This document shows positions 10,239-22,486 of a stretch of 64,000 nt of DNA, one piece after another. Position numbers and translations under genes: made by a program. Position 1 is the stretch's first letter. The number at the start of each line of letters is the position of its first letter. This stretch comes from Monosiga brevicollis MX1 (taxonomy: Eukaryota): contig NW_001865042.1 in the NCBI RefSeq assembly GCF_000002865.3, positions 1,402,914 through 1,466,913 on the forward strand, given 5' to 3'. The notes under the pieces were generated by a model that saw nothing but the letters and a program-made list of their open reading frames with translations, was not told the origin of the DNA and did not search any database.

Positions 10239-13131
10239 ATGAGCGGGCTGCCCGGTGGCCAGGCGGCAATGAGTGCCAGCTCTCAAGTGCCCATGTCGGT
10301 ACCCATGCCAATGCCCGTGACCACGCCGGTTGGAATTCCCGAGCAGCTTGCGGAGCAGTATCCCTTTCCAGCCGACATTTCCTCGCTTGCGTCATCAGCA
10401 GCGGGAGGCCAACACATTGCTTCCGTTGCCACTCCCGGTCACAATGACTGGGGTTACCAGGTTGCTTTGCCCGGGGGTGGAATGGGGTTGGCCCCACCTC
10501 ACATGCCAGCCGACAGCGGATCACTCCTGTCAAATGGCGGTCCTTTTGCATACCCCCCCTTGATGCCAGGGTCATACTTGGCTCATTCTGCACTTGGTCT
10601 TCCAGCAGAGGCTGCTTCTCCACCTGGCTCAGTACCTGCTCTTGAGCCAAGAATGACTGCCCCCATCTTTACACACAAGCCCCTCGCCCCTCCTTCTCAG
10701 CAGATGGCACTTCCAGTTCAAGCTGCCGCGCCGCCCCCAGCTGTCATGTCGCAAGCAGCCACTGGCCCCGTGTCGTTACAAGGCGGCCTCCCCCAAGCCA
10801 TGCCACAAGTGCTAGCAGCTACTTCATCGTCGCACCCGTTACCGCCCAAGCGGACCACTCGGAGCTCCGCCCAGAAGAAAGCAGCCGGAAAACGCAACAG
10901 CCGGCCCAAGAAGCCCCCCTTGCCGCCAGGCCCGCCGCCTGCCGCCAGCCTTCCCGTTGCCAACACGTCCATGGCTGGCCAAAGCGGCCCGCCGCTGACT
11001 GCTTCAAGCCATCCCGGCCCTGATACTATTCCTGGTGACTCTACAGCTGCCGGCTCAAAACATGGTTCACCAGATAACGCCGAGGCACCCAGGCAACCAA
11101 CAAGCACGGGTATGCCAATGGCTCTCAGGGACCCCGCCTTCGCTTGTATACTTCTCCTTTTTGTCAACTCACTCTCTGGTCTTGCCAGTGGCACCCTTGT
11201 TCAAGCGCGCCTCAGGCAAACGCAAGAGCAAGGTGGCTGCTGGTGCGACGTCCAACGCAAATGCAGGAGAAGTGCCTGCTCGAATGCCTGCTGGCAAAGC
11301 GGTGCCTACCAAGGCCGCACCCATCTTCATGACGCGCGAGGACAAAGCAAAGGAAGCAGCCAAGCTTCGTCGCGAGGTGTGTTTTAAGGACTCCCTGTGG
11401 CTCATGTCAATCATGGTTTGTGAGGGAGCGAAAAGAGTATGTTATGTGCTCATTCACTCTTTGGCTTTGCCCAACCTGGGCATCTGCAGCGGCTCCACCA
11501 ACAGCGTGAATCGTCTCGTCAATTGCATGCTACTCTCTCGGCTGGCAAGCAATATGAAAAGGTCCGAAGCTCCTTCCACGCACCTATTCTTCCAATGTAT
11601 TCCGTGCCGATTCACGTGCTCTTTCTCCATCCCATATGACTTTTGGCCCGACACAGACAATGACGCTAGTGCTACGACACGATGGAATGGGCCCCGATGG
11701 GACGCACCAGGCTGACCTGGCTAAGCTGGCTAAACCCGCCCCATGGCCCGGGCGCTGCCTGTTGGAGTCTTCTGCAACGCCCCAATCACCGCGAGCGTGC
11801 AGCAACACCTTGCCTTTTCCGACCCGTCACCGGCAGAGTAACACGCACGAAAATCTCACGACAATGACGCGAGAGGCTTCGTCTCTGGGGCTATGTGATG
11901 TGTCGCGCCTGCGTGCTTCTTTGGGCATGACAGCGCCAACACCTGGTCCAGATGTCATCGAGTTGGCCGATCCACTTCCCATCCCCTCGGGCTACATGGG
12001 TCTCGCGGCAGCCACGGCTTTGTATGAAGGACACTACATGCCTCTCAGCCATACACACCCGCAAAAGGTCTGTCATCTTTCCGAGTGTCTTGCCTGTTCG
12101 CCTCTGGTGCACTCACTCAAAGCTGCTAGCTAACCTTCGGATGGATACACGGTGGTTGTGTTTTGCTGTAGGACCAAGCCGTATGGAGCCTTCACTATCA
12201 GCCAAGCCGCGTTGATCATCTCATTCATAATCGCCGCCAAGGTAGGCAGCGAGGAAGGCGCAAGCGGTAGAACGTGTCGCGTACTTTGGCTCGTGCCTAT
12301 CGTCATTTTCGTTTTGATTTTTTTTTTCACTTTTTTTGCCCTCAATTTGCCGGGGGTCTTTAGGCCGGTTGTTACGGGCCTGGTTGCAAACAGCCAAAAG
12401 CAGGCTTGCCAGCTTGATTGGCCGGCATGGTACGGCCGGAAAGGAGGGCAAGTCACGCCGACAGCCCAAGACCGTGCGGCAAGAGCCGGCCTTTGTCGTG
12501 TCTGACGAAGCCGCAGATAACAGCGATGATGACTTTGTCATGCCTCATGTACGCCCGCTCAACGCGTTTTACAACCGCCCCGTCAACCATGTGACCATAT
12601 CAATTGCTGGTTTCGTTTCCACTCAAGCCATCGGTGGCCGCGGCATGCTGTTGGTGCCCTGTGCAGCGTACCTTGCGAAATTTGGGGGGTCATCCTGAAT
12701 CAGATGATGAGGAAGAAGAGGCAGAGAATCGCGTTTTGGCCTTAGTCGGCCCTACTGGTGCGTTGGTTTCGATGCGCATGTGACTCTAGAGTCATCCCTC
12801 TGACAGGAACCTCCGTCATGACTGGCCTTGTCTCATTGTAGGATCGGGCAAGACGGCAACTCTGTATGCGTGCGCTCAGGAGCTGGAGTTTGCTGTCATG
12901 GAAATCAACAGCTCCGACTCTCGTTCGGGTCGCAATGTGCGTGCCAAGCTTGAAATGTGAATGTCTGGCTAGTTGAGTGTGTGGTTCCTCACCATTATTT
13001 TTCACCTGTCTGCAGTTGACGCGCATTCTTTCCGAGGCCGTTGCATCACACCAAGTGGCATGTCAAAGTGACGTCACTCCGAGCGGCGAGCCTGGTTCTT
13101 CACAGGTGTGCTCTGATGTGCGGCCGTCACA

Positions 13132-13178
<47 letters not shown>

Positions 13179-14326
13179 ACGATCGGTTGTGGACAATGCG
13201 TTGAATAGGAGGCATCGAGTCAAAACTCAACTACAGCATCGACTCCTGGAAGCAGTAACGTGGCCATTCTGGATGCTGCGCTGATACTGATTGAAGATGT
13301 GGATCAAATATTTGATGATGACAAAGTAAGCTCGACTTTTGTCGTATGGGCTACTGTATTGCGCTTGTCGCTCGTGTTGTCGTTACCGGCACCATTGTCT
13401 AATTCCGCACGTGCTCGCTGATATAGGGGTTTTGGCCTTCGTTGCTACAGCTAGCAAAGGAAACAAAACGGCCCATCGTTATTACGGCGGAAGGTAAGAA
13501 CCCGCCGACCCGTATCGAACACTCGCCCCAGAGTTGACAACGGCAAGTGCTCACGCAGATTCATAATTCTTTGCAGACGAGAGTGCATGGCGGGACAGTG
13601 GACTGAAGCCAAAGGTCATTCACCTTGAACGTCCATCTCCTCATCGTCTTGCGTTGCACGGCGAGGTATAAAAGCGCGTGGCTGCCGCGCAAAACTTGCT
13701 CCCACGTCTTTGACATTATCTGACCATGTAGATAATCCTTTTCCCACTTCACACCCGTGCATGTGCTCACACCGGCCACTGGGCTATCTTTTCGCACCAA
13801 TACAGCTCTTACTGGCTTCTCGGGGACAAGCCATACCTTCAAAACGCCTCCTGCACCTGGCCCAGCGCGTCAACGGGGATACGCGTCGTTTTTTTAATGA
13901 GCTTCAGCTTCTTGTGCTTGCCCCGCACTTGCACACAGCCGTGGTAGGTTGCAATGGCCCAACTTCTTTGGCAACCGATCAAACTAGCAGATGCCACGAC
14001 TACAGCCCAGTGTGCTGCAAGGTGTCTTGTGTTGCTAATCCACCGTTTCAACCACTTTTATAGGAGGAAGAGGGTCTCGAATACCAAGCTAGTTGGTCTT
14101 GGGTAAGCAGACAGGGAGTCAGCGTGGATTGAGCAACTTCCCTCTTGCTCTTAGTTTTGTTCATGTGTCGAGGTGTACACTCACCCCCTATTGCGATGAT
14201 CGATGTGCAGCCAACCATTTCTCTCGTCGCCGAGTTGCGCTGCATTGACCTTCTCGATAATGAACGCCTCGGGCAATTGGCGCCCTCTCTCTTGCAGGTT
14301 TGTGTCACCGTGTCACTGCGTATCTC

Positions 14327-14385
<59 letters not shown>

Positions 14386-15107
14386 CCAGACAAAGAAGTT
14401 TTAAATTTTGCCTTTGCGAGATTTCAGCACTCAAAGCAGCCAACGCACGCTTGCTTCGCCCTGTCCGACAGACAGAGCATTCAAGTGCAAGTCCCGAACC
14501 CAAAGGCCCAGCTTCGCCCTTGCCTACCAGTCCGAGCGCACCCGCATCTTCCCGTGCTGGTGATCCTGGTGAATTGACTCCAACAGATTTGATATCGCCG
14601 CTCGCCACCAGTGGCGGCAAGTCGGCTCCAGATGCGGAACAACCTACGGCTCCTCGCGATGCCCTCCGGCTGGAGCAGTGGGCACGGACAGCATTACCTG
14701 TTGCCCCAAGCCATCTCCTTCAAAGACGCGCATTTCGCTTGGTATCAAAGCCATTGTTGTCGAAAAACTGCTTTTGCTCCGCCTTCGCGTTGTGCCCAAG
14801 CTAATCGGTCTTGGCGTTTATGCCGGGATCATACTTAGGATTCTTGGCCCTGGCAGCGAGTAACGAGTCAAATTCGCCTTCGACGCGCCGAAGCCAAACG
14901 CCGCCGGTCTGATTCTCTGATCCTTTTGCCGGGCCTGTGTTTGACCGTTCTGGCGGTCGTGATGAAAGTTGTATCTTCACTCGTCTCACACGAAGTGTTA
15001 TTCGGTTTGACAGGGCATCAAACCTGCGCTCCTCACTCGACGAGCTGTTGGCCGCCACAAGTTTATATCCTTTTCCTATGGTCGGCTCTCCCACCTCGAC
15101 GGCATAG
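10239..15107 (+). CDS. ATAD5: ATAD5/Elg1, RFC-like PCNA unloader large subunit (multi-exon, long Pro-rich N-terminus)
   Basis: The spliced Walker A region LVGPTG|SGKTATLYACAQELEFAVMEINSSDSRSGR, ILSEAVASHQV, LILIEDVDQIFDDDK|GFWPSL...ETKRPIVITA and GDTRRFFNELQ all match ATAD5/Elg1 AAA+ motifs. The N-terminal extent is less certain. Confidence 0.85.
14328..14383. repeat. Intronic (GT)n
   Basis: Directly visible. Confidence 0.9.
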
Positions 15108-15356
15108 GAGAGAAGTGGTTTGCGCTCGTGCTCTCTTGTTGCTTTTTTTCTTCTCAGTCACGTCTCGATTTTTAAAACTCAACTTGTAAATTTTGTTTGG
15201 ACACTATGGCTGAACATGTCATGTTGGTCAAGACGTGGTTCATTTTAAAGTTTACACTGCCAGGGAAATGCAAAGGCCAATAGAATCGATCCTTCGATTG
15301 GTTGTCCGGATTGCTTTTGACGGGAACAAGCCCAGCCATGTGGGAGACATGGGCGA

Positions 15357-17992
15357 TTACTTGCGATGTTGACGCCGTGAGTAGTTGCTGGAGCCACGAC
15401 CCGCGCGCTGATTTCCAATTCCGAGAATGTGGCGCACCTTTCTTTGGTACACAAGAGCAACACCGATTAGAGCAAAAACAGTCAAAGTGAGCAGAAGGGA
15501 GGAAGTGGAGCTTTGTTCATCGGCAAGCTCATCTTCACCCTCGATGGGCGCGTGGGTCGCGCTTTCCAAAGAATTCAACCCGGAATCAAACTTCTTTTCA
15601 ACGGCAAACGCATGCATGTCGGGCCGCCCGGCGTCCGGTTGCTCATCGCTGCGCCAGCCATTGGGGTTGCTTCGTTCTGGGTTCTCCATTTGCCAGGCGT
15701 TGTTGTAGCCATCACTCTTTTGCGCGTTTCCGTCTTGCTCGGGCTCTTGACCTGGCATGTTATCATGCCCGCCAGCTGTTTCGTCAGGGTACTGCTCAGC
15801 AGCACCCCGTTCTGTCATGCTTTTTTCGCCTTGATTCTCAAGCTCTCGGTCGGGAGCATTGCCCGTGTCGAAACGCGAATCGGCAGGCCATTCATGGTCA
15901 CCACCTTGTGCTGGCCTATTACTTTGCAAGTCTTCTTTGTTCAGCGGCCTCTTGCTCCAGGGTGAATCCCCATCCCCTAGGGGATTGGCATCGTCTAGCG
16001 AAGCGTCGTCGGTCTTCGAGATAGCCGCATCATCTTCCCATTGCCCTTTTGAAGCTGGGGCATCGTCGGTCTTCTCAGCGGGGGCATCGTCGGCCTCCTC
16101 AGCGGGGGCATCGTCGGCCTCCTCAGCGGCGGCATCGTCGGTCTCCTCAGCGGGGGCATCGTCGGCCTCCTCAGCGGCGGCATCGTCGGTCTCCTCAGCG
16201 GGGGCATCGTCGGCCTCCTCAGCGGCGGCATCGTCGGTCTCCTCAGCGGGGGCATCGTCGGTCTGCTCAGCGGGGATATCTGTTTGAGAGGGTTCGTTTG
16301 GGTTTGAAACCGACGTGACACCAGTTTCACTTGCTCGAGTTTCAGTTGCCACACGATCTGCGGCCCCAGCGCTTTCTGAAGATGGCGTGTGATCAACTTG
16401 GGAAGACAAACCGTTGTTAGGATCGGAGGCACCATTGTCTTCTGAGGCAAAGCCGTCATTGGATTGTTGGGCGGCGTTCTTTGTGTCACCGTCGGCGAGA
16501 GGTGATTCTCCATCCACTGCTGGCTTTTGACCGGCTGGAAAAAGAAGGGCATTGCTGTCGGGCTGTGCTTTTGCTTCTGATTCTCGATCGTCGGGATCCT
16601 CTGGTTCAACTAAAAACGCCTTATCAGCCTCCTGCATCCGTTCTTCTTGGGCTACTTGTACGGGATCAGCCTCCTCCATCATTTGAGTAAGCGAATCACC
16701 TGCCGGCACTGCACCTGCGTCATTTTGAGCGGCCTGTTGCGTCTCTTCTCGTTCAACCTGGCCGTAGTCGTCGTCGTCATCCGCTGCGTCTGTCGCCGTG
16801 CCCTTGGTGTCGTCGGCAAAACTCTGAGCAGATGTTTCATGTGCGCCTGCAAGCGCATTCATGGCGCGGTCAGCAGCACCATTCTCGACGAAGCCGTCAG
16901 CAGCACCATTGTCAGGGCCACCGGCAGTCTCGGTGCCGTCGACACCATTCGTGGCAGTGTCAAGACTGGAATGGGCCGCAATAACCTCGGCTTCGCCTTC
17001 CTCAAGAGCAGATGCAGTCTTCTCTTCACCAGCAGCCGCTGCATGAACAAGTTCCTTGTCTTCGACGGCAAGCGCTTTGTCATTCCCGTCGGCGACATAG
17101 GCATTTTCTGCAGCCTCTTCACGAGCTTCATCATCGTTGGGGTTGGTCGCTTGATCGGCCGACAGGACACTCTCAACGTCACTTCTACCATCTTCAGTTG
17201 ACAGGTGTGCTTTCATGTCGTCAGCCTGCGCCTTTTCATTTGCATCGAGCGCCTGGCCTGGCACCAGTTGGTCTTTGTTTTCCTCCATGCTAGTTGTGAG
17301 ACCATCTTCTATAGAATCCCCAAAAGCAACGGCAGTTGTGGGCAAGGTGCACTTTGCGATGGTAGGGTACAAAAATGTTCAAAAACAGCAGGAAAAGTGG
17401 GATTGACGCTGGAGGCATGTTCATAGGCAAGGGCTCATACCTTGGTCCGCGTTTTCAGCCGGGGGCAGCGTATTGGCGGCATCCTCAAACGTGTTATATG
17501 CAAGACCACCGTTCGCAGTATCGGCGGGAAGGTCTGGGGGGTCCGCTGCTGTGCCTGCCAAACGCATCATGCCAAGAAGGGGTGAGATGGAAGAGGAGAA
17601 GATTGTAACGGTCCAGCAAAGATAAAGTGCCGTGTCGAGCCCACCGTCGGATCTGGTTGGCACATCCTCTGCAAGCAAAACGCGGAACGTGAGGGAGCGT
17701 TAGATGCATCGAGCGAGGGANNNNNNNNNNNNNNNNNNNNNNNNNNNNNNNNNNNNNNNNNNNNNNNNNNNNNNNNNNNNNNNNNNNNNNNNNNNNNNNN
17801 NNNNNNNNNNNNNNNNNNNNNNNNNNNNNNNNNNNNNNNNNNNNNNNNNNNNNNNNNNNNNNNNNNNNNNNNNNNNNNNNNNNNNNNNNNNNNNNNNNNN
17901 NNNNNNNNNNNNNNNNNNNNNNNNNNNNNNNNNNCTGTGACGCAAGGCATGATGAGGAGCAAAAACGCGCACACCAGGCCCCAGCGCGCCAT
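15357..17992 (-). CDS. Acidic single-pass type-I membrane protein (signal peptide, D/E-rich ectodomain with tandem repeats, transmembrane helix, short basic tail)
   Basis: Signal peptide MARWGLVCAFLLLIMPCV, a 671-aa acidic ORF, and the transmembrane segment LLLTLTVFALIGVALVY followed by QRKVRH. Interrupted by an N gap. Confidence 0.7.
16055..16270 (-). repeat. Coding 24-nt tandem repeat, 9 copies (EE[T/A]DDA[P/A]A)
   Basis: Unit approximately GGGGGCATCGTCGG[C/T]CTCCTCAGC on the + strand, with partly alternating variants. Confidence 0.95.
17721..17934. other. Assembly gap (N run)
   Basis: Run of Ns. Confidence 1.
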
Positions 17993-18517
17993 GGTGATGG
18001 GTCGCAATGCAACTTTCACCGCCAGGGGCTGAGGGTTGGCGCTTGACTGGCCCTACAAGAAAGCGACAAAAGGGGAGGTGTGCTCGTGGTGAGTGGTGCG
18101 GCCCAATGACGCAACTATGAAATTGGTCCATCTGATCTGCCGCCGAGCTACGATTGGGTAGCGCCAGCAGCGGAGCAACCAACCTTGGCCAAAATGCTTG
18201 AAAAGGCAGTAATGCAAGGTTAAATAGCTCGCCTGTCCGTGGCAGAGCCGTGCCCGGGTAGCCTGTGTGCCACATGCAAGGACCAGCGTGAGCCGCGAGC
18301 ACCGCGCACGCGTGATCGAGGCGATAGAGGTGGTAAGAACACCGAGTGTAAGAAAGTAAGCAGTCGGTGAGCAACTGTGTTCATGTGCAGGGGACGAGTG
18401 TAGCAAGCTTCAGGAAGAGGCCTGCCAACGCTTTTCGGAAGAGGAAGCCAAAAGCACACCAAGTAGCGGCAGTCCGCGCTGCCATTGAAGTTGCCCACAA
18501 CGGTCATCCCCCTCGAG

Positions 18518-18518
<1 letters not shown>

Positions 18519-18596
<78 letters not shown>

Positions 18597-18784
18597 ATCC
18601 GAAGAGAGAGAGAATGCTGGAGCATCTGTCGTTTTGGCACTTTTGTCAGACATTTTAGAGAGAGAGAGGGAGAGTAGGAGAGGTGCTTGAGAGAGAGAGA
18701 AAGAGAGCTTGAGAGGTGAGAGCTTGAGTGAGAGCTTGAGAGAGAAAGAGAGAAAAGAGAGAAAGAGAGAGAGAGAGAAAGAGA

Positions 18785-18849
<65 letters not shown>

Positions 18850-18860
18850 GTGTGTGTGTG
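18519..18860. repeat. (CA)n and (GA)n microsatellites in a divergent intergenic region
   Basis: Directly visible. Confidence 0.95.
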
Positions 18861-19091
18861 TTCAAGTCTGTCTCTTGTGTCTCTTATTTCTCGCCTGCCC
18901 GCCTGCGCTTTTCTTGGTGGTGGTGGTTGACCGCTGAACTTTTTGCGCTTGTCGTCGTGTGTGTGTGTGTGTGTGTGTGTCCCCTGGAGAAAGGAGATGC
19001 AAGTGGCAGGTTGAGCGGTTGGGCTTTGCTTGGTGCACTGATATTGGTGCCCACCAAGCGTCCCTGCCCAAGACAAACCCATCGCTTTGCC

Positions 19092-21210
19092 ATGGCCTCG
19101 ACTGGGCCGCCCGCCTCACCGGCCAGCAAGGCTCGGTCCAAAAAGCCGGGCAATGATTCGGGCCCGAACAAAGGTGATGCAGACAAGGTCGAGGACCCCT
19201 ACGTGGCAGCCGCGCGTCGAGCTCAAGTTGAGGCCGGCATGGTGGACGAGAGCGGCAAGAGCCGTGCCCTGCAGTTGCTCATGAAGGCCATGCAGACAGA
19301 GCTCGACCAGCAACTTTGCGACGAAATGACTCGCCATTACAACCGCCTTCTCAAGATTCAAGCACGTCAACGTGTCGATGTCTCTCCAGAAGAGTCAGTT
19401 CCATTGCATCGGGATCTGGTTGGCCCAAGATCATGGTAGAAAAGGGTGCCCATGTTCGCTCGCTCGCTGTCTGAACCAATGTTTGATATGTTGAAGGAAG
19501 GGTTGGAAGGGGGGAGGTTGGTGCTATTGTATCTTTGGTGGCTGTGATGATTTGTCCATCCTTTGTAGCCCGTATTCCCTGGATGAGACATGACCAAGGG
19601 TGCTTCATCTCATGCTTCTGCTCACTCTTTGATCTTTGGGTGCGCGTGTAGACTAGAACAGCTTTTGATGCAGAAATACAAGGCTGCCATCAAGGCTGTT
19701 CGAGATGCCAAGTATGTGCCTGCCAGCACTTGCACTTGGCTTTGCTGTGATCTGGCTTGTGGCAGCCCTCTTTCCTTGACCTGCACGCTCCACACGCGTC
19801 TCATCTATTTCATGGCTCGATTCGCTTCGGATGGCATCTTCCGCTGGTAGAGCGGCCCCATTGCCGCCGGAGCTGGCCGCACAAGCCGAGAGCAAGGCCA
19901 AAGCAGACGCCAAGGCCAAGCGAAGCCACAAGGCCAAGTCGAGCACAAAATCCAGTCGGCGTGCATCCTCCGCCAGCTCTGATCTCGCGACCGGTGTTAC
20001 CGCAGGCGCCTCCACAAACAATACCACAGCGAGTCAGTCCACCAACGGCAAGCGCTCCCACAAGGCAGCCAAGTCAGCCTCGTCCAAGACGGGTGCGTCC
20101 AAAGCAAGCTCGTCCAAAGCAAGCTCGTCCAAAGCTGGCTCGTCCAAAGCTGGCTCGTCCAAGACGACAGGATCCAGATCATCAAGTAAAGCCTCAAAGA
20201 CATCACCCAAGGCCATTTCATCCGCATTGCCTGCACCCACGTCGAGCGGGGACGCGGCGACGACGCCGTCAACGGCTCAACATGTTCCCAGTGCAAAGGA
20301 CTCTGCCAAGCGAGCATCAGCGCCCAGCGAAGACGAGCCACCCACCAAGACGCCCGCCCGCAGCGAACCGGAGCCCACAACATCCAAACCTGCACCGCCT
20401 GCTTCCATGGAGACTCAAATGACCGACGCAGGGCCATCCCACATGCCTTTGCCGGGCCAAGTTCCCATGGCTGCCGTCAATCCCCCGCTCACGCTAATGG
20501 CCGGATCTGAAGCGCAAGCGATAGCCTCCCCCACCACAGTGGCTCCTGCAGAACCCACACCTGACCACACGTCTGCTCCTATGGCCGATTCGAGCAGTGT
20601 GCCAGCCTCGAACGAGGCCGCGCGCCCCCCAAGTCCGCAGCCTGCTCAATCCATCGCCCTGGCCTCATCTGAAGTCCAGCCAGCGATAGAACGGGATGCC
20701 CCGGCAAAGCCCGTGGCCGAGTCCGTGGCTGAGCCAACGGCTGAGCCTAGCAAGATTGAGGCCACAGCCACTGCTGTTGCAAGCAAGACCACCACTGAGC
20801 CCCCAATCGAGACACCAAGCGAGGTATCGGCCAAGGGGCCAACTAATCCCCCAACAGAAGCCTCGACCGAGGAGCCACGCGAGGCTTTGGCCGATGCTTC
20901 GCTCAAGCCATCATCCGGGGACCCCGAGCCAGTGGTACCTACCGCTTCGGTAGGCGGACAACCTGCGAGCGCGGCCATGCCATTCGCACAGCCTCTTGGG
21001 GTAGATTCTTCGCAACCGTCGATTGTAGCCAGTGCCTCTAGTGGACTGATAGAGCAACCATCAACTGCATCCATGCCAGAGCCCGCGACTGTCACCAAGC
21101 AGGATCGGGTTGCCACCCCACCCCCAGCCCCGGCTCAAGCGCCGCCGACAGGCAGCCCTCCGAAGCGCGCGTTTATCTTGCCTGACCTCAGTCAAGCCAT
21201 CACACCTTGA
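19092..21210 (+). CDS. Hypothetical protein: helical N-terminal region, then a long Ser/Ala/Pro/Lys-rich low-complexity region
   Basis: ATG at 19092, short spliced exons, and a 459-aa ORF with coding-like codon usage. Includes a 15-nt SSKA(S/G) repeat near 20090-20165. Confidence 0.6.
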
Positions 21211-22486
21211 CAGTCATGTCGCACAATGGCTGCTGCTGCTGCTCCTGCGTGCTAATATCTGCCTGGCACGGCGTTATTATCACTTGTTTGGTTGAGCTTT
21301 GGCATGTTCACACCGTTATTCGCCATTCAAGTTCAAAACTAAGCATCCAAGTCTTTATTCTTCTTGCATTATTATGATTATCTGATGTCATACCACGTTC
21401 CTTCACTGTCAATCATCACATTATCAGTTCAGTCCAGCGCGTCGGCCGGCTCATGGGTTCAACTACCCAACCAAGAGGGAGAAAAAGCACGGCGCCTTGA
21501 AAGACCAATGACTTCCATCCTTACCTCGCGCCTTGGAACAGCTCCAACTTCCCCCATCATCTGTAAGCAAACAACAACTTGAATCACGCACAACACACAA
21601 CAACAGTTGAAGCCTCATTTAATCTCCCAGTCTCTTAGTCTCCTCAAGACTCAAGCCACAAGACTCAAGCTACCTTTACCGTCCTTGCGCTTCAGTTCAG
21701 TATTTTGTTCTCGCTGGCGACTTTTGCGTCACACACGCTTTCGTTCGTTTTCTGCGACACTGGTCCAGGAGGGCAAACGGCAGCGCTCGACGGTAATGCA
21801 TTTGTGACGTTGTTCGTTGGTTGTTCGCTGGTTTGGAGACCGGTCTCGTGTGTGCTTTTTTGGAATGCCGCGCTCACGGCTGGGTTGGTTGTCTCGAGCC
21901 CTCTTCTCACTGATGCATGTCTGCCTTGCACTTCACGAGCAGTCAGGCGGAGGCCGACAAAAGGCAGCTTCAGGTAAAGCAGCGCTCGCATTGGAACCAA
22001 AAGTTCATCTGCCACCATCGGCATAGCAGAGGAAAGGGGATGCTATTTAATGAGGCATCACTTTTCCGTTGGGGATACACAATACCTAGCCCGGGTTGAA
22101 TAGCTCGTATCGCCCAAGAAGTGGCTGACGGGAGCGAGAAGCACATCTTTATTCCACAACGCACCCACGTCATTCATATCATAAAGGAACCGCATTGCAC
22201 ATTCCTTCAACTCGTTCCCTTTCCAGCCCCGACCACTCCTGTGGCACATGTTTGCGGAAGTTGTCGGCTTGCTCATCGACTGGTTGGCCTTGTCTGCCCG
22301 ACAGCCACCTTCCTCCGAAAGCTTGCGTTGCTCCCCTGCCCCAGTTGCCGGCCTTCATTTTGCAAGCTCGTCATCCCTTTTGAGTACCGACTTCTTTATT
22401 TGCAAGCTCTTGGGAAATATTTTTGTGTCGTTGTCACGCCCGGCACGCACACGCTCCACTTGGGGCGTGTGCCGTGACCCAGCGTC

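Noticed and set aside
13577..13582. Microexon in ATAD5
   Set aside because: The frame stays open to a good donor near 13666, so this is an ordinary exon.
16055..16270. CRISPR-like repeat array
   Set aside because: The repeats are contiguous with no spacers and lie in frame in a eukaryotic CDS.
21960..22420. Short - strand ORFs upstream of HUWE1
   Set aside because: No homology or coherent exon chain.
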